Virus record (IMG/VR): IMGVR_UViG_3300025659_000002
Coordinates: 64,001-128,000 of that record
Reading direction: 5' to 3' (one strand)
DNA from: a virus
Taxonomy: Duplodnaviria; Heunggongvirae; Uroviricota; Caudoviricetes
Length of the DNA: 64,000 bases
Shown: piece after piece, positions 11,378 to 22,774 of the stretch
Layout of the letters: each line of letters begins with the position of its first letter
How positions within the stretch are numbered: position 1 is the first letter of the stretch
Translations under genes and position numbers: made by a program
Notes under the pieces: generated by a model
What the model was told of the DNA's origin: nothing
Databases searched by the model: none
The model's input: the letters and a program-made list of their open reading frames with translations, nothing else

Positions 11378-11965
11378 ATGTCACTTAATATAGACAATAT
11401 TTTAGCAAAACTAAAAGCTGAACACGAAAAAACAGCTGAAGAATCTTTTAATGACGCAATGCTTGAAGGTTCTACGGAAGTTAAAGAAGAAGTTAAAGAA
11501 GCAGAAAAGACTGAAGAAGTAGCTGAAGAAGTGAAAGAAGAAGTTAAAGAAGCTGAAAAGACTGAAGAAGTAGCTGAAGTAGTTAAAGAAGAAGTTAAAG
11601 AAGCAGAAAAGACTGAAGAAGTAGCTGAAGAAGTGAAAGAAGAAGTTAAAGAAGCTGAAAAGACTGAAGAAGTAGCTGAAGAAGTAGCTGAAGAAGACTT
11701 ACAGAAAGAAGCTGAAAAATATGAAGATGCGGGTAGAATTATGGCTCAAGGTTTCTGGAAGGAATTGCAGAAACAGGCGTCTGAAGAAGTAGCTGAAGAA
11801 ATAGCTGAAGTAGTTAAAGAAGAAGTGAAAGAAGAAGTTAAAGAAGCTGAAAAGACTGAAGAAGTAGCTGAAGAAATGAAAGAAGAAGTTAAAGAAGCTG
11901 AAAAAACAACTGCTGCGGATAGAATTATCGGAGCATTAACCTCACAGTATTTAGGAGATAACTAA
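11378..11965 (+). CDS. Acidic repeat protein, probable capsid scaffold (195 aa)
   Basis: Glu/Lys/Ala/Val coiled-coil-like repeats; lies between protease and capsid; AGGAGG SD. Confidence 0.65.
   Translation: MSLNIDNILAKLKAEHEKTAEESFNDAMLEGSTEVKEEVKEAEKTEEVAEEVKEEVKEAEKTEEVAEVVKEEVKEAEKTEEVAEEVKEEVKEAEKTEEVAEEVAEEDLQKEAEKYEDAGRIMAQGFWKELQKQASEEVAEEIAEVVKEEVKEEVKEAEKTEEVAEEMKEEVKEAEKTTAADRIIGALTSQYLGDN
11482..11910 (+). repeat. Imperfect coding tandem repeat, about 51-nt unit (EEVKEEVKEAEKTEEVA)
   Basis: About six copies of gaagaagttaaagaagcwgaaaaract within the scaffold gene. Confidence 0.8.
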
Positions 11966-11967
11966 AG

Positions 11968-12273
11968 ATGGGAACACTATTAGACACATATAAAGCTATT
12001 CAGGAAACTGAAGCTGAAAAAGTGGCCGAAGAAGTTACTGAAGAAGTAGTTGACGAGGGTCAAGAAACTTTACGTAAGTACGCTGAGGGCGCTGAAGGCT
12101 TATTAGCTGCAGAATATGGTGAAGATTACGACGAAAATGACGTAATAAAATTAGCTGGAATGATGATTGATTACGATGTGGAACAAGAAACAATGCTTGA
12201 AAAAGTAGCTGAATTGGAAGACATGGGTACAATTATAGGACAAGCTATTAAAGCTGAGTTAGCTAAAGACTAA
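11968..12273 (+). CDS. Small acidic head-operon protein (101 aa)
   Basis: Intact ORF; EKVAE occurs twice. Confidence 0.7.
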   Translation: MGTLLDTYKAIQETEAEKVAEEVTEEVVDEGQETLRKYAEGAEGLLAAEYGEDYDENDVIKLAGMMIDYDVEQETMLEKVAELEDMGTIIGQAIKAELAKD

Positions 12274-12281
12274 CAAAAAAA

Positions 12282-12602
12282 ATGGATCCCAAGTTAATTA
12301 GCGAAACTATGGCTCTTGTTGAATCTCTTAGAGATGATAATGAGAAATTAGCATCTGATCTGGCGCATGTGCAAAACGCGTATGCAATAGTATTTCAGAT
12401 GTTTAAAGCCGGACATGTAGCTGCAGAAAATTTGGAGTCCACAATCAAGAAATTCGTCCAAAAGGACGACTCGGAACTTGAAGTTATTGAAAAAGCTGCT
12501 AGCTTCGGAGGCGCTGTCGCGTCTCTAGGGGAAGTTAGTGACCGACTTCAGGATGACGGGACCATGGATCCTTTGACAAGAATGCTTGTCGAAGATCTTT
12601 AA
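12282..12602 (+). CDS. Small acidic head-operon protein (106 aa)
   Basis: Intact ORF; EKLAS and EKAAS motifs. Confidence 0.7.
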   Translation: MDPKLISETMALVESLRDDNEKLASDLAHVQNAYAIVFQMFKAGHVAAENLESTIKKFVQKDDSELEVIEKAASFGGAVASLGEVSDRLQDDGTMDPLTRMLVEDL

Positions 12603-12625
12603 AGATAATCGGAGGATATAATAGA

Positions 12626-13078
12626 ATGTTAGAAATTCTTTCTACCTTAAATAACCTTACTAGAATCGACTTGACGTTAGACGCGGCAGGCTGGGTTTTA
12701 GCATCGGGCGTAATAGGCTCATGGGTTAGTCCTACCGGAACTGATCAATGTATAAAAGTTGCGGCCGCTGGAAACTTCGGATTTCCAATCTGGTCTGAAT
12801 CTAACCGTTCAAGCTCTTTAGCAGGGTTCTCCCCTGACATAGCAGCTACCGGAAAAATTACTGTTTTATATGGTAAAATCCGTGCAAGAACTGACCAATA
12901 TGATGGTACGCCAGCTATTGGGTCTAAACTATACTTATCTGTTACAGGAACACTGTCTACAACAGCTGGGAGCTCGGCTCACCAGGTAGCGGTTTGTACT
13001 AAAGCGCAGTATAGTCATGATGTTAAATTCCAAGGCGCCATAACTGCAACAAACGTAATTGAATACGTAACCATATAA
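12626..13078 (+). CDS. Putative capsid decoration/cement protein (150 aa)
   Basis: Gly/Ser/Thr-rich, beta-type composition; immediately upstream of the major capsid gene; GGAGG SD. Confidence 0.55.
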   Translation: MLEILSTLNNLTRIDLTLDAAGWVLASGVIGSWVSPTGTDQCIKVAAAGNFGFPIWSESNRSSSLAGFSPDIAATGKITVLYGKIRARTDQYDGTPAIGSKLYLSVTGTLSTTAGSSAHQVAVCTKAQYSHDVKFQGAITATNVIEYVTI

Positions 13079-13093
13079 AGGAGGATTAAGAAA

Positions 13094-14017
13094 ATGGAAT
13101 ATTCAGCTAGTACGCTAAATGAGTTATTTGTAGAAAAGCTTAATTCCCCTGCGGGACTTGAGAAAGTCGCTATGGAAGGATCAGCTTTCGTTAGACAAAA
13201 ACTACGTGAAGTTTCTTTTGCAAGAAAAATAATAAATCCACAATATGTAACTAAAGCTGACTTGACAAGATCTGTCAATCACGACGGCCTAGTTAAAATC
13301 GTGGACATCGAGCCTGACTCAGAAGCCATGGCACTGAACATGCGCGGACAGCCAAACCTTAGATACGTAATGGGCGATCGATTCGAGATACCCCTGTATC
13401 AGGTTAGTTCTGAAGACTTTCAGAAGACTGAAGAAGAGCTGTTGGCCTATGAAATGCCACTGACTGACATAATTGAGAAGAACTCAGTACTCGATTTACA
13501 ACGCATTGAAGATGAAAAATTCTTAGAAGGTGTAGACGCGCTAATGCCCGTTGCAAACGCTAAGACCGGTTCTTATAGAGCATCCGGCAGTGAAACAGGT
13601 GTGATTGAAAAATCAAGCCTAAAAGAACTGTTTGACGTTTTAGACGGAGCGGAATTACGTTGCGATACCCTATTAATGGATTCTACAATGTATAACAGAT
13701 TATTCTTGTATGATGCATCAACTATTGGTGACTCAGCAGGAAGCGAAATCTACATTAATGGTTTCACTTACAATACGCTCTTCGGACGTAAAGTAGTTGT
13801 TTCCAATAAAGTGTTCAAACAGGACGGGTCAACTGCACTGTTACAGAACAAGATCTACGCTTTTGCACCACAAGAATTCTTAGGACAATTCTTAGTATTA
13901 AACGATACTAAATTCTGGATCGAAAAGAAAAAGAATATTATCACATGGGCCGTGTACGAACACATTGGCATCGGATTTGGTAACTCCAAAGCGCTTGCTA
14001 AACTTACACTGTCGTAG
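13094..14017 (+). CDS. Major capsid protein, HK97-like fold (307 aa)
   Basis: Last gene of the head operon, strongest SD (AAGGAGG), followed by a terminator; FVRQKLREVSFARKII...VKIVDIEPDS pattern seen in large-phage capsid proteins. Confidence 0.75.
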   Translation: MEYSASTLNELFVEKLNSPAGLEKVAMEGSAFVRQKLREVSFARKIINPQYVTKADLTRSVNHDGLVKIVDIEPDSEAMALNMRGQPNLRYVMGDRFEIPLYQVSSEDFQKTEEELLAYEMPLTDIIEKNSVLDLQRIEDEKFLEGVDALMPVANAKTGSYRASGSETGVIEKSSLKELFDVLDGAELRCDTLLMDSTMYNRLFLYDASTIGDSAGSEIYINGFTYNTLFGRKVVVSNKVFKQDGSTALLQNKIYAFAPQEFLGQFLVLNDTKFWIEKKKNIITWAVYEHIGIGFGNSKALAKLTLS

Positions 14018-14039
14018 TATTAATACATACGCTAAAATT

Positions 14040-14068
14040 AGGGTCGGCTTTGCTGGCCCTTTTTTTTA
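14040..14068 (+). terminator. Rho-independent terminator after the capsid gene
   Basis: AGGGTCGGC-TTT-GCTGGCCCT hairpin followed by a T tract. Confidence 0.8.
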
Positions 14069-14071
14069 CCC

Positions 14072-14100
14072 TTGACATTTTCCTCCACAAAATCTATATT
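14072..14100 (+). promoter_or_regulatory. Sigma-70-type promoter TTGACA-N17-TATATT, 5 nt before ATG 14106
   Basis: Directly after the terminator; consensus -35. Confidence 0.75.
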
Positions 14101-14105
14101 TAGAT

Positions 14106-14453
14106 ATGATACATCCCACAACTAATTATAAACGTGAAATAAAGGCTTTAGTAGGAGATCCAGATGTATTTCCAGTAACTCTTCCAGGAGCTTGAGGTAC
14201 TGAGGCTGTAGACTTTACATCCGACTTAGCGGCATTATTGTTTCGAGATTTACAATTAGGGATGACAGACACAACTTTACAAGACGACAGAGCCTACGCA
14301 GTGAGTAGTGTCCTAGGGCATTCCTTAGTTACAGACGTTGTATCAACTGAAGCTACGAGTTTAATAACAAATTCTCAAATACAGATGATTGATACCAGTA
14401 TGGATACAGTAGTAATAGTTACTACGAAGGGAAACACCTTAACTATAATATAG
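14106..14453 (+). CDS. Hypothetical virion protein (115 aa)
   Basis: ATG 14106 is in frame with track ORF 14238 through one TGA. Confidence 0.6.
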
Positions 14454-14462
14454 GAGATTCAA

Positions 14463-14834
14463 ATGGCTACTAGTGTAGTATACATGAAAAGACACGATAC
14501 CAGGCCCTTCTTAGATGTTCAACTTCAGGACGTAGACGCTAATAACATTAATGTAACAGCGGCTATTGCCACTGAAGTGAAATTTACTATGAAGGAAATA
14601 AATAGCACTACTATAATTGCTACAGGGGCTTGTACCATTTTACCGGCAACAGACCTAACTAAAGACAACGGATACGATGGTCGAGTTAGGTATATTTGGC
14701 TAGCAGCAGACACCGTTACTGCGGGAGAATACTTAGGAGAATTTCAGATCACTTATACTAATGGTGATAAAATGACAGTACCTACAAGTGGTACCTTAGC
14801 TATAGTAATTTTGGAGGACTACGATAATGCCTAA
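14463..14834 (+). CDS. BppU-N-like beta-sandwich structural protein (123 aa)
   Basis: KRHDTRP.L...GRVRYIW...DT..AGEYLGEFQITY..G...T.P pattern. Confidence 0.6.
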   Translation: MATSVVYMKRHDTRPFLDVQLQDVDANNINVTAAIATEVKFTMKEINSTTIIATGACTILPATDLTKDNGYDGRVRYIWLAADTVTAGEYLGEFQITYTNGDKMTVPTSGTLAIVILEDYDNA

Positions 14835-15315
14835 TACTCAGGAATTATTAACCAATTTAATACCCTTTGCAGATCAGCTATATGTAGATAGATTTAGAAC
14901 CTTTCTTAATGATACAGTTGCAGAAAATGAATTAGATTTAACAGAAGAAAGTTCAGATACTCTTTTATGACATTGTCTAAAAGATACCCTAGACGAAATT
15001 AATTATGAAATACCCCCAATAAGAAGTAGTGTGTATACTACAATATCCGAGGTACCAAGTTGGTCGGTAATGAAATTTGGGGCTACCCTCCATATTTTAG
15101 TTTCAAAAGGAATTCTTTCAGCAAGAAATCAATTAACATGAAATGATGCCGGAGGGATTACAGTTAGGGATCAGGATAAGTATGGGCGATATGTAAATTG
15201 ATTTAACGTGTTATCAACTAGATATGCTAGAATGGCTAGATCTATGAAAATGTCTGCCAACATAGACGACTGTTATGGCGGCGTACACTCTGAATATTTT
15301 GATATAGGATACTAA
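14827..15315 (+). CDS. Putative head-tail adaptor (neck) protein (162 aa)
   Basis: Absent from track (three TGA). RNQLT[W]NDAGGITVRDQDKYGRY; position after the capsid operon; TAA 15313-15315. Confidence 0.5.
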
Positions 15316-16097
15316 TGCTTACTTTAACTTCTTTAGATATAACGTCTTATGATATAGACGCTCTGACTTTAACTTGAGCTTTTTCAGACGTAAGTGCTTC
15401 TGGATTTAGCATTAGTGTTTATAGAAGCGAAGCGCCCAGTAGTGACATTACTGAGTATGATTTAATAGCTTCAGGAGTAACAGCTTCTGGTTTTTCTTAT
15501 TCAGATACTTCTGTAGAAAAATTATATGATCCACAACGTACCTGGTATTATAAATTAAAGATAATAGATTTATCAGATTTATCTTCGTCTATAGCACCAG
15601 CTACCCCAGCTTATTTAGATGACACTTCAACTCATAAAGTTTTTAGACGAGTAAAAGCTCTAAAAGAAAAGGCTTTAAGAGTAGGTGGGGGCAGAACTAT
15701 ATACATATTAAAAAGAAGAACTTGAGGGACACATTGTCCGGATTGTTACAATAGTACGTTAGGAAGACAAACTGAAAACGAATGTTTAACCTGCTTTAAT
15801 ACAGGATGAACAGGTGGATATTATGACCCAATAACTATAACGGGTATGATAAATCCAGCACCACAATTTAATCAAATAACAATGTTTGGAGAGTTTATGC
15901 CGAGTGACTGTGTTTTAAACATGCTAAATTATCCCCCATTGAGACCTAAAGATGTTGTAGTCGAAACTACTAATCAAAGATGAATAGTTAGACAAGTACG
16001 ACCTTTAGAATTTCAAGGAACTTTATTAGAGCAAACAGTACATCTTAGCAGAATACTTCCAGACGACACCATTTACGATAAAATATGAGCTTGGTAG
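15315..16097 (+). CDS. Putative neck/head-closure protein with FN3-like N-terminus and two CxxC motifs (260 aa)
   Basis: Absent from track. ...RT[W]GTHCPDC...CLTCFNTG[W]TGGYYDPI...; ends TAG 16095-16097 (or TGA 16086-16088 if that is a stop). Confidence 0.5.
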
Positions 16098-16480
16098 AAG
16101 AAGTAGCCTTATTAGACGATTTTAATACAGGCAGATTAAAATGAAATAGAAGCCTAGTAGCTTTAGAAGGCGGTATTGATTCGATAAGTACAGCTAATGC
16201 GTGGTCTCAAAATTTAGATACGGTCTCAGGACAGTATGTATCTGGAGACTCATATTTGCTGATTAGCGGCTCTTTTATGCATTCTGAGTTCCACACTAGC
16301 GGTATTGTTAATGATACCGGAGAATGAGCTTTATACGTTAACTCTCTACGAGTTCCTCCAACCGATATAACTTCAATGATAAATAATGCATTAGGAATAT
16401 TAATTCAACTAAACACCACAGCGCTAGGATATAGCATCGATGCGACTGATGAATTTCTACTATGAGGACCGGTAATATAA
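16085..16480 (+). CDS. Hypothetical protein (131 aa)
   Basis: Absent from track (three TGA); fills the gap exactly between flanking genes; TAA 16478-16480. Confidence 0.55.
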
Positions 16481-16486
16481 TACTAA

Positions 16487-19400
16487 ATGAATATATATGG
16501 TCACACTTCCTTTGTCGGGCAAACTGGCTATGCCGCTCATGCTCGTGGATTTTTTAGAGCTTTAAATAACTACTTACCAGTTAAATTAAGAAATTTTTCT
16601 GTAGGGCCTTCCTGAGATGGAGTATCTGATCGTCCTCATGAAAAGGAAACATATCTAACAGACATTGATAAAGAAATGTTCATTAGGCAGACTTGTGACG
16701 AAGGTATGGATAGTGGGGTGTACAAAGGTATAGATTTTGAGATGTATAACGGAGTCGGAACTCTTCCTCCAGAAAATCCTGTTAACATAATTTTATCAGA
16801 AACAAACCACCATTACTGATTCGAAAATAGTTATCCCGGCTACAACATAGGCTATAATGTCTGAGAAAGCACTTTATATCCAAATGAGTTTTTTGAAGCA
16901 CTATTACGAAATGAAATGTTATGAGTACCCACTAAATGGCAACGCGACTGTAGTATCGCCCAAGGATACCCTGCTGATAGAGTATTTGTAGTTCCGGAGG
17001 CTGTGGACACCTCAATCTTTAACGTTAGTTCTGGAAAAAGACCAGACGAGTTTAAAGACGACCGATATAAGTTTGTATTATTTGGCAGATGGGATCATAG
17101 AAAATCTACAACAGAAATTTTAAGAGCTTTTAGTGAAGAATTTGGTGCAAATGAACCTATCGATCTGGTGTGTTCTATCGAGAATCCCCACTCGGTGGAT
17201 GGAATGAATTCTACTAAAGAACGTTTAGCTTTTCATAAAATAGAACATCCAAATATTAAAATTATACCTTTTTTACCTAGAAAAGATTACATTAATTATC
17301 TTAAATATGGAGATTGTTTTGTATCTTGCGCTAGATCGGAAGGGTGGAACTTACCCTTAATAGAAGCTATTGCTTCTGGAATTCCCACCATATGCTCAAG
17401 CCATCCGGCACAATTAGATTTTGCGGGAGGAATCTCCCAACAAGTAAGGACTATAGATCAAAGACCTATGAAGCCTTTTATGTTTGCTACAGAAGGAGTA
17501 GGATTATGAGATGAGCCTGACTTCGACCACTTAAAGGAAATAATGAGAAGCACTTATGAAAATAGAAATATAAATAAGGGCCAGGCACTTCTTAAAGCTC
17601 CTAGAGTCAATAAATTTAGTTGACAGAATGCGGCATTAACTGCTGTTGATATATTAAATAATAATGTAAATGAAAATTATTATAAAGATTTTGGAAATTA
17701 TATTACAGCTATAAAAAGTAATAATACTCCATTAATAAAAATAAATGGACCTATAAAAAAGCAATATACTGTTGAATTTCTTGAAGATAATAAAGAAGTA
17801 TATAAAGCAGAATTATCAAATGAAGATTCTTGGGCGTCTAGTTTTCCTATTTCAAAAGATACAAAAATTAGGATAAATGGCGAAGATCAATTTTTGCTTG
17901 ATAAGGTATCAAATAAAATACAAAGTACTGCTGCAAAATTAGGAGCGTATGTAGTAGGCGGTGATCTCAAATATATGCCTTATGTAGAGGCGTGTGTAAA
18001 AAGTTTATTAGAATTTTCAAAACTCCCAATAATTGTTTATGGATTTAATTGTGAAGTACCCTTTTCATATTCGAGAGTAATAAATAAAAAAATAGAATAT
18101 TCTGGAGGCAAAGTAAACCAGGTAGGTCATGTAGATAGCCAAAACTATTTTGCTAGAATAGCGGCTGCATTAGAAACTACAAAAAATGATGAATTTGATT
18201 ATTATATTTTTTTAGATGGAGATATGGTAGTGTCGGAAAATATAGACCATCTTAATACTTATGTAGATAAACTAAAACATTATCCACTATGTATGAGATA
18301 TAGATACCCCTCTTTATTACATTTTAGAGAGGATGGGGATGGGCGAAGAGAAAAGAAGCATGGAGAAGAGCTTTGCGAACTATACGGGTGAGATACCGGT
18401 AATTTACCATATAGCGGTCACACAGTGGCCACAGGTATATTTATGTATGATAAAAGATCTCAACGTTTTTTTGAAGAAGTTCTCCGAGAAGAGGCTTATA
18501 TAAGGAACATTAGTAATACAGATTCAGATGGTAAAATTTTTGTAGATGACACGGCATGCTCTGAAGAACGAATTATTAACATGTTATTTTGAAAATATAA
18601 ATATGACGAGTTTCTTCCTATAACTTGAATTTCTCCACATGACAATGTTATGGGCTTTAGCCAGGGGCATATAGCCTCCTTAAATTATTCTTCTATGTTT
18701 TTTATGGAGAATTGGCCCAAAGAAATGGATGAGATTTACCCAAAAAGCGAAGCTAATATACTAGCGTATCATCCAGAAATCGATAACAAAAATCCTAATA
18801 CTGCTTCAAAAGTATTGAGGTTTCTTAAAAAAATTAAGAAAGAGATTGTAGTTATAAGCTCTTATACTGATACCGCTAGTAAAGAAAAATTATTAAAAGA
18901 ACGCATAGCGCAAATTAAGGGGTTTGGATACGATATATTATTATCAACCCACTATGATGTTCCTCAGGAGATAAAAGATGAAGTAGATCACTATGTGTAT
19001 GATCCAAATAATGAAATATTTGAAACTCCTGAATTTTTTTGAGGAGATCTTTCTGGAGTTTATTTTGAAACTTTTTATAGTAAAAATAAAAATCATTCTT
19101 ATGCAGCGTTTACATTATTTAAAAATGCCTTTAATTACTGTAAAAACTTAGAGGTTGATACTATACATTTTTTAAATTATGATGTTTTGTTAAAATACAA
19201 TCCTTTCATTAAATTTAGAACTCTATTAAAGACCACTAATAGTTCAGGATGTTTTATTACAAGTCAATCAAACGAAGACAATATAACTTTTGAAAATGTT
19301 AGAGTTCTTATGTTTTCAGTTACCACTAAATTTAAAGGATTTGAGGGAATAGATTCTTTACAAGAATACTTAGAGCTTTCAGAAAGACAATTGGAGAAGT

Positions 19401-22399
19401 GACTTTATGAGCGTTTTAGAATGCAAAATATCTGAGATGATATTATAAAATTAGATGAAAAAACAGAAGCTTCTCAATATACAATAAAGGATTCCATAAG
19501 CTTGACAACTTATAAAGTTAATTTATTTGAAAAAAATAAAAATTTATTGGCCCTAATTTTTAGAGAAAGATTAGATGATAATGAAGTATTATTTAAATAC
19601 ACTTGCTATGAGGATACTAGAGATGTATTGGAGAGAGAGGCGCATATTAAATTTGAAACAGATAGTAAAGTGGTGGTGATTAATTTAGGAAATTTAAAAG
19701 ATGTTAAGAATATTAGTCTTTTAGATTCTCATAATGGTGTGGAAATAACTAAGGAACTAGACGAAAAAACTTTATCTGAAATAGAAAATAATATAATTAG
19801 GTTAGAAAAAGAAGTAGAAATGGTGGATCTAACAAGAAATGATATATTACAAGCTATAGAAGATAATAAACCTTTAAAAGAAGTAGTGGCTATTTTAGCC
19901 TATACTAACACCAAAGAAAAAATAGATGTTTTAAAAAAATGTATAAAGCGAATTAAGGAATTCGGATATGATATTTTGTTAGTAACACACTACCCAGTTA
20001 GTTTAGAAATACAAAAATCTGTAGAACATTATGTATATGATAGTAACAATGAAATTATAGAAATCCCGGTTACTTTTTGATTTGATAACGAAGATTATTT
20101 TGTTAAATCTGTAAATCATGAAACTCCAAATCATTCTTATGCAGTATTTTCATTATTTAAAAATGCAGAAGTATACTGTAAATCACGAGATATAGACATA
20201 ATTCATTTTTTAAACTACGATATGATTCCGCAAAAGGATTTATTTAAAATTCATAAAGAAGATTTAGGTAAAGGCGCTCATGGCTCATTTTACTACTATG
20301 ATACAGATGAGGATTCTTTTGCTATGACATTTTTTTCAATTTCTAAAAATTTTACGGCGTTCAATAATATAAATAATTCCCAGCAATATTTTAAGGCTTC
20401 TTCTTCAAGAGATGGGGATTCTAGACTGTATCTAGAGCCTTGGATTTATGATCTTATTATTAAAACAGAGGGAGAGTCTAATCTAAAAATAAGAAAATAT
20501 ATAGATGTAGAAAAGGATTATGGAGTTAAGAATTTAATTACTGATGGAGCTCTTAATATATATGGATTTGTATATAAGAAAGAATTTAGGTTAGTATTAG
20601 GTAAACCAAATATTACTGATGATTCTAAATATTTGTTAAAATATAATGGTAAGGAAATTAATTTAGATTTTTCAGGTTCTAAATTTTTTCATCATAATTT
20701 GGGATTAAGTTCTAAACTAAATAAATATCAAATATATAAAGATGGTAAATTATTCAAGAATGAGCTAGTTACAAAAGATTACAAAAAAAGAATAGAAAAA
20801 TATAACACATTTGTCGTGAAGGCTGATACTAAACTTCCTAATAAGTTGATGATAGTAGCTCACCCGGACGACGAACTTATTTTTGGAGGATACGACTTAT
20901 TAAAAGACCCTGAAGATTGAAAAGTTATATCAGTAACGGGAAAAAGTAATCCAATTAGAGCGTATGAGTTTAGCAAAGCTATGGAAACTTTAGGAGTAGG
21001 AGAATATGCTTTATGAGATTTTCCTGACTCTTTATATGATAAATTTGATGAAAAATATTTAAGAAAATTTATATTAGGTGAAACTTCTAGAAGATATTAT
21101 AAAAAAATAGTAACTCATAATTCTAACGGAGAGTACGGGCATGTACAGCATAAATCTCTTCATGATGCTATGATAGAAATTAGTCCTAGAAATTTATATA
21201 CTTTCTCGATAGGAGATAAAACTAAAATATATCCTTTAGAAGAAAAAAGAAAATTACTTGAAGTTTATGAGAGTGAGGAAACAGAATTGCCTGGTTATTT
21301 AGATTATCTTTATTACGGGGAATCAACTTCTATATTAAATGGAAATATATCAGTTGACCATAATTTTGTAGATGGACCATTTGTAGAATTGTGAGGATCA
21401 GAATCTGACCATACTTATGATATAAAATTTATTGATCAAGATTTAGAAGAGGTTGTATATGAGAAAATTGGAGTATCTGCTAATAGCTGAATTAAAGCAA
21501 GTAGAGTATATTTTACCAATTATATGATTACGGTACATAAAGGTGAAGAATTAGTGAACCAATACGCTTTTAATTGTGATAATAAACGAGTATTAATTGC
21601 GTTAGATAGCAGCTCTCTAGGAGATACTTTGGCTTGAATACCCTATGTTCAAAAGTTTAAAGAAAAACATAATTGCGAAGTAATAGTGTCTACATTCCAT
21701 AATCATTTGCTTGATTATCCAGAATTAAAGTTTATTAGTCCGGGAACTACTGTTGACAATTTATACGCAAGCTATGTAGTAGGTATTAGAGAAGATGATG
21801 ATTTCCTTCATAAAAGAAATCCATTTTCAATTCCTTTACAAGAGGTTGCTTGTGATATTTTAGGTCTCGAGTATGAAGAACTATTACCGCAAATGGCTAA
21901 GATTAAAGGACATACTGATATTGACGGTCCTTATGTATGTCTAGCGGCCCACTCCACAGCTCAGTGTAAATATTGAAATTATCCTGGAGGATGGCAAACT
22001 GTGGTAGACTATTTAAATTCAAAAGGTTATAAAGTAGTAGTTATAAGTAAAGAAGAAAGTGAATTAAATGGCATAATCGACAAAACTAACTTGAATCTTA
22101 CTGAAACAATGCGTATATTGAAACATGCTACATTCTTTATGGGATTGAGTTCAGGATTAGCTTGGCTAGCTTGAGCGTTAAAGGTGCCAGTATTAATGAT
22201 TTCCGGCTTTACAGCGCCTTGGTATGAATTTAAATGTGTTAGAATGCATAAAGACACAGTATGTCATAATTGTTTTAATGAGGAAAAATTTGATAGAGGC
22301 GATTGAAATTGATGTCCTAGAGGAAAGAATTTCGAGTGCTCTTCAAGTATTTTACCAGAGGAGGTAATTAATACTATTTATGAAAATTGAAATATCTAA
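16487..22399 (+). CDS. Multi-domain glycosyltransferase (1970 aa): GT4 + GT-A (GT8-like) + two repeated GT-A-like domains + PIG-L/LmbE deacetylase + Aah/TibC-like O-heptosyltransferase
   Basis: Eight track ORFs (17003-21976) lie in one frame with only TGA (23 counted) between ATG 16487 and TAA 22397-22399. Motifs: YNV[W]EST, RSEGWNLPLIEA, FLDGD, AHPDDE...GEYGH..H, SLGDTLA[W], STAQCKY[W], CHNC...D[W]N[W]CP...FEC. Confidence 0.85.
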
Positions 22400-22760
22400 T
22401 GGAGAATTAATAGATAAGCTATCTATTCTTCAATTAAAAACTGAGAATTTTACTGACCCAGAAAAGATTAAAAATGTACAAACAGAATTTGAGGCTTTAC
22501 AACATAGCGTTGTAGAGCTATTGAATTTCTCATTGGATTCTGAAAGTTATATGAATCTTTATAATTGTAATGCAGAGCTATGGGATATAGAGGACCAACT
22601 GCGTAGAAAAGAACAATTAAAAGAGTTTGATGAGGAATTTATAAAATTAGCGCGAGCAGTGTATTACACTAATGACACTAGAGCTAATTTAAAAAAAATA
22701 ATTAACAACGAAACCAACTCTATGTTTATTGAGGAAAAAGAATACGTAAACTATAACTAG
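22380..22760 (+). CDS. DUF6165-like small protein (126 aa)
   Basis: EISNGELIDKLSILQLK...LWDIEDQLR...FIKLARAVYYTND.R...K..IN...EEK.Y pattern, typical next to phage glycosyltransferases. Confidence 0.65.
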   Translation: MKIEISNGELIDKLSILQLKTENFTDPEKIKNVQTEFEALQHSVVELLNFSLDSESYMNLYNCNAELWDIEDQLRRKEQLKEFDEEFIKLARAVYYTNDTRANLKKIINNETNSMFIEEKEYVNYN

Positions 22761-22774
22761 TTTGGAGACCCCGC

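Noticed and set aside
11482-11910. CRISPR array suggested by regular direct repeats (also in the fibres)
   Set aside because: The repeats are in-frame coding units without unique spacers, and no cas genes are present.
6531-22399. Fragmented terminase, protease and glycosyltransferase read as pseudogenes or a decaying prophage
   Set aside because: Fragments are always in the same frame and separated only by TGA at Trp-like positions, with no frameshifts and no TAA/TAG interruptions.
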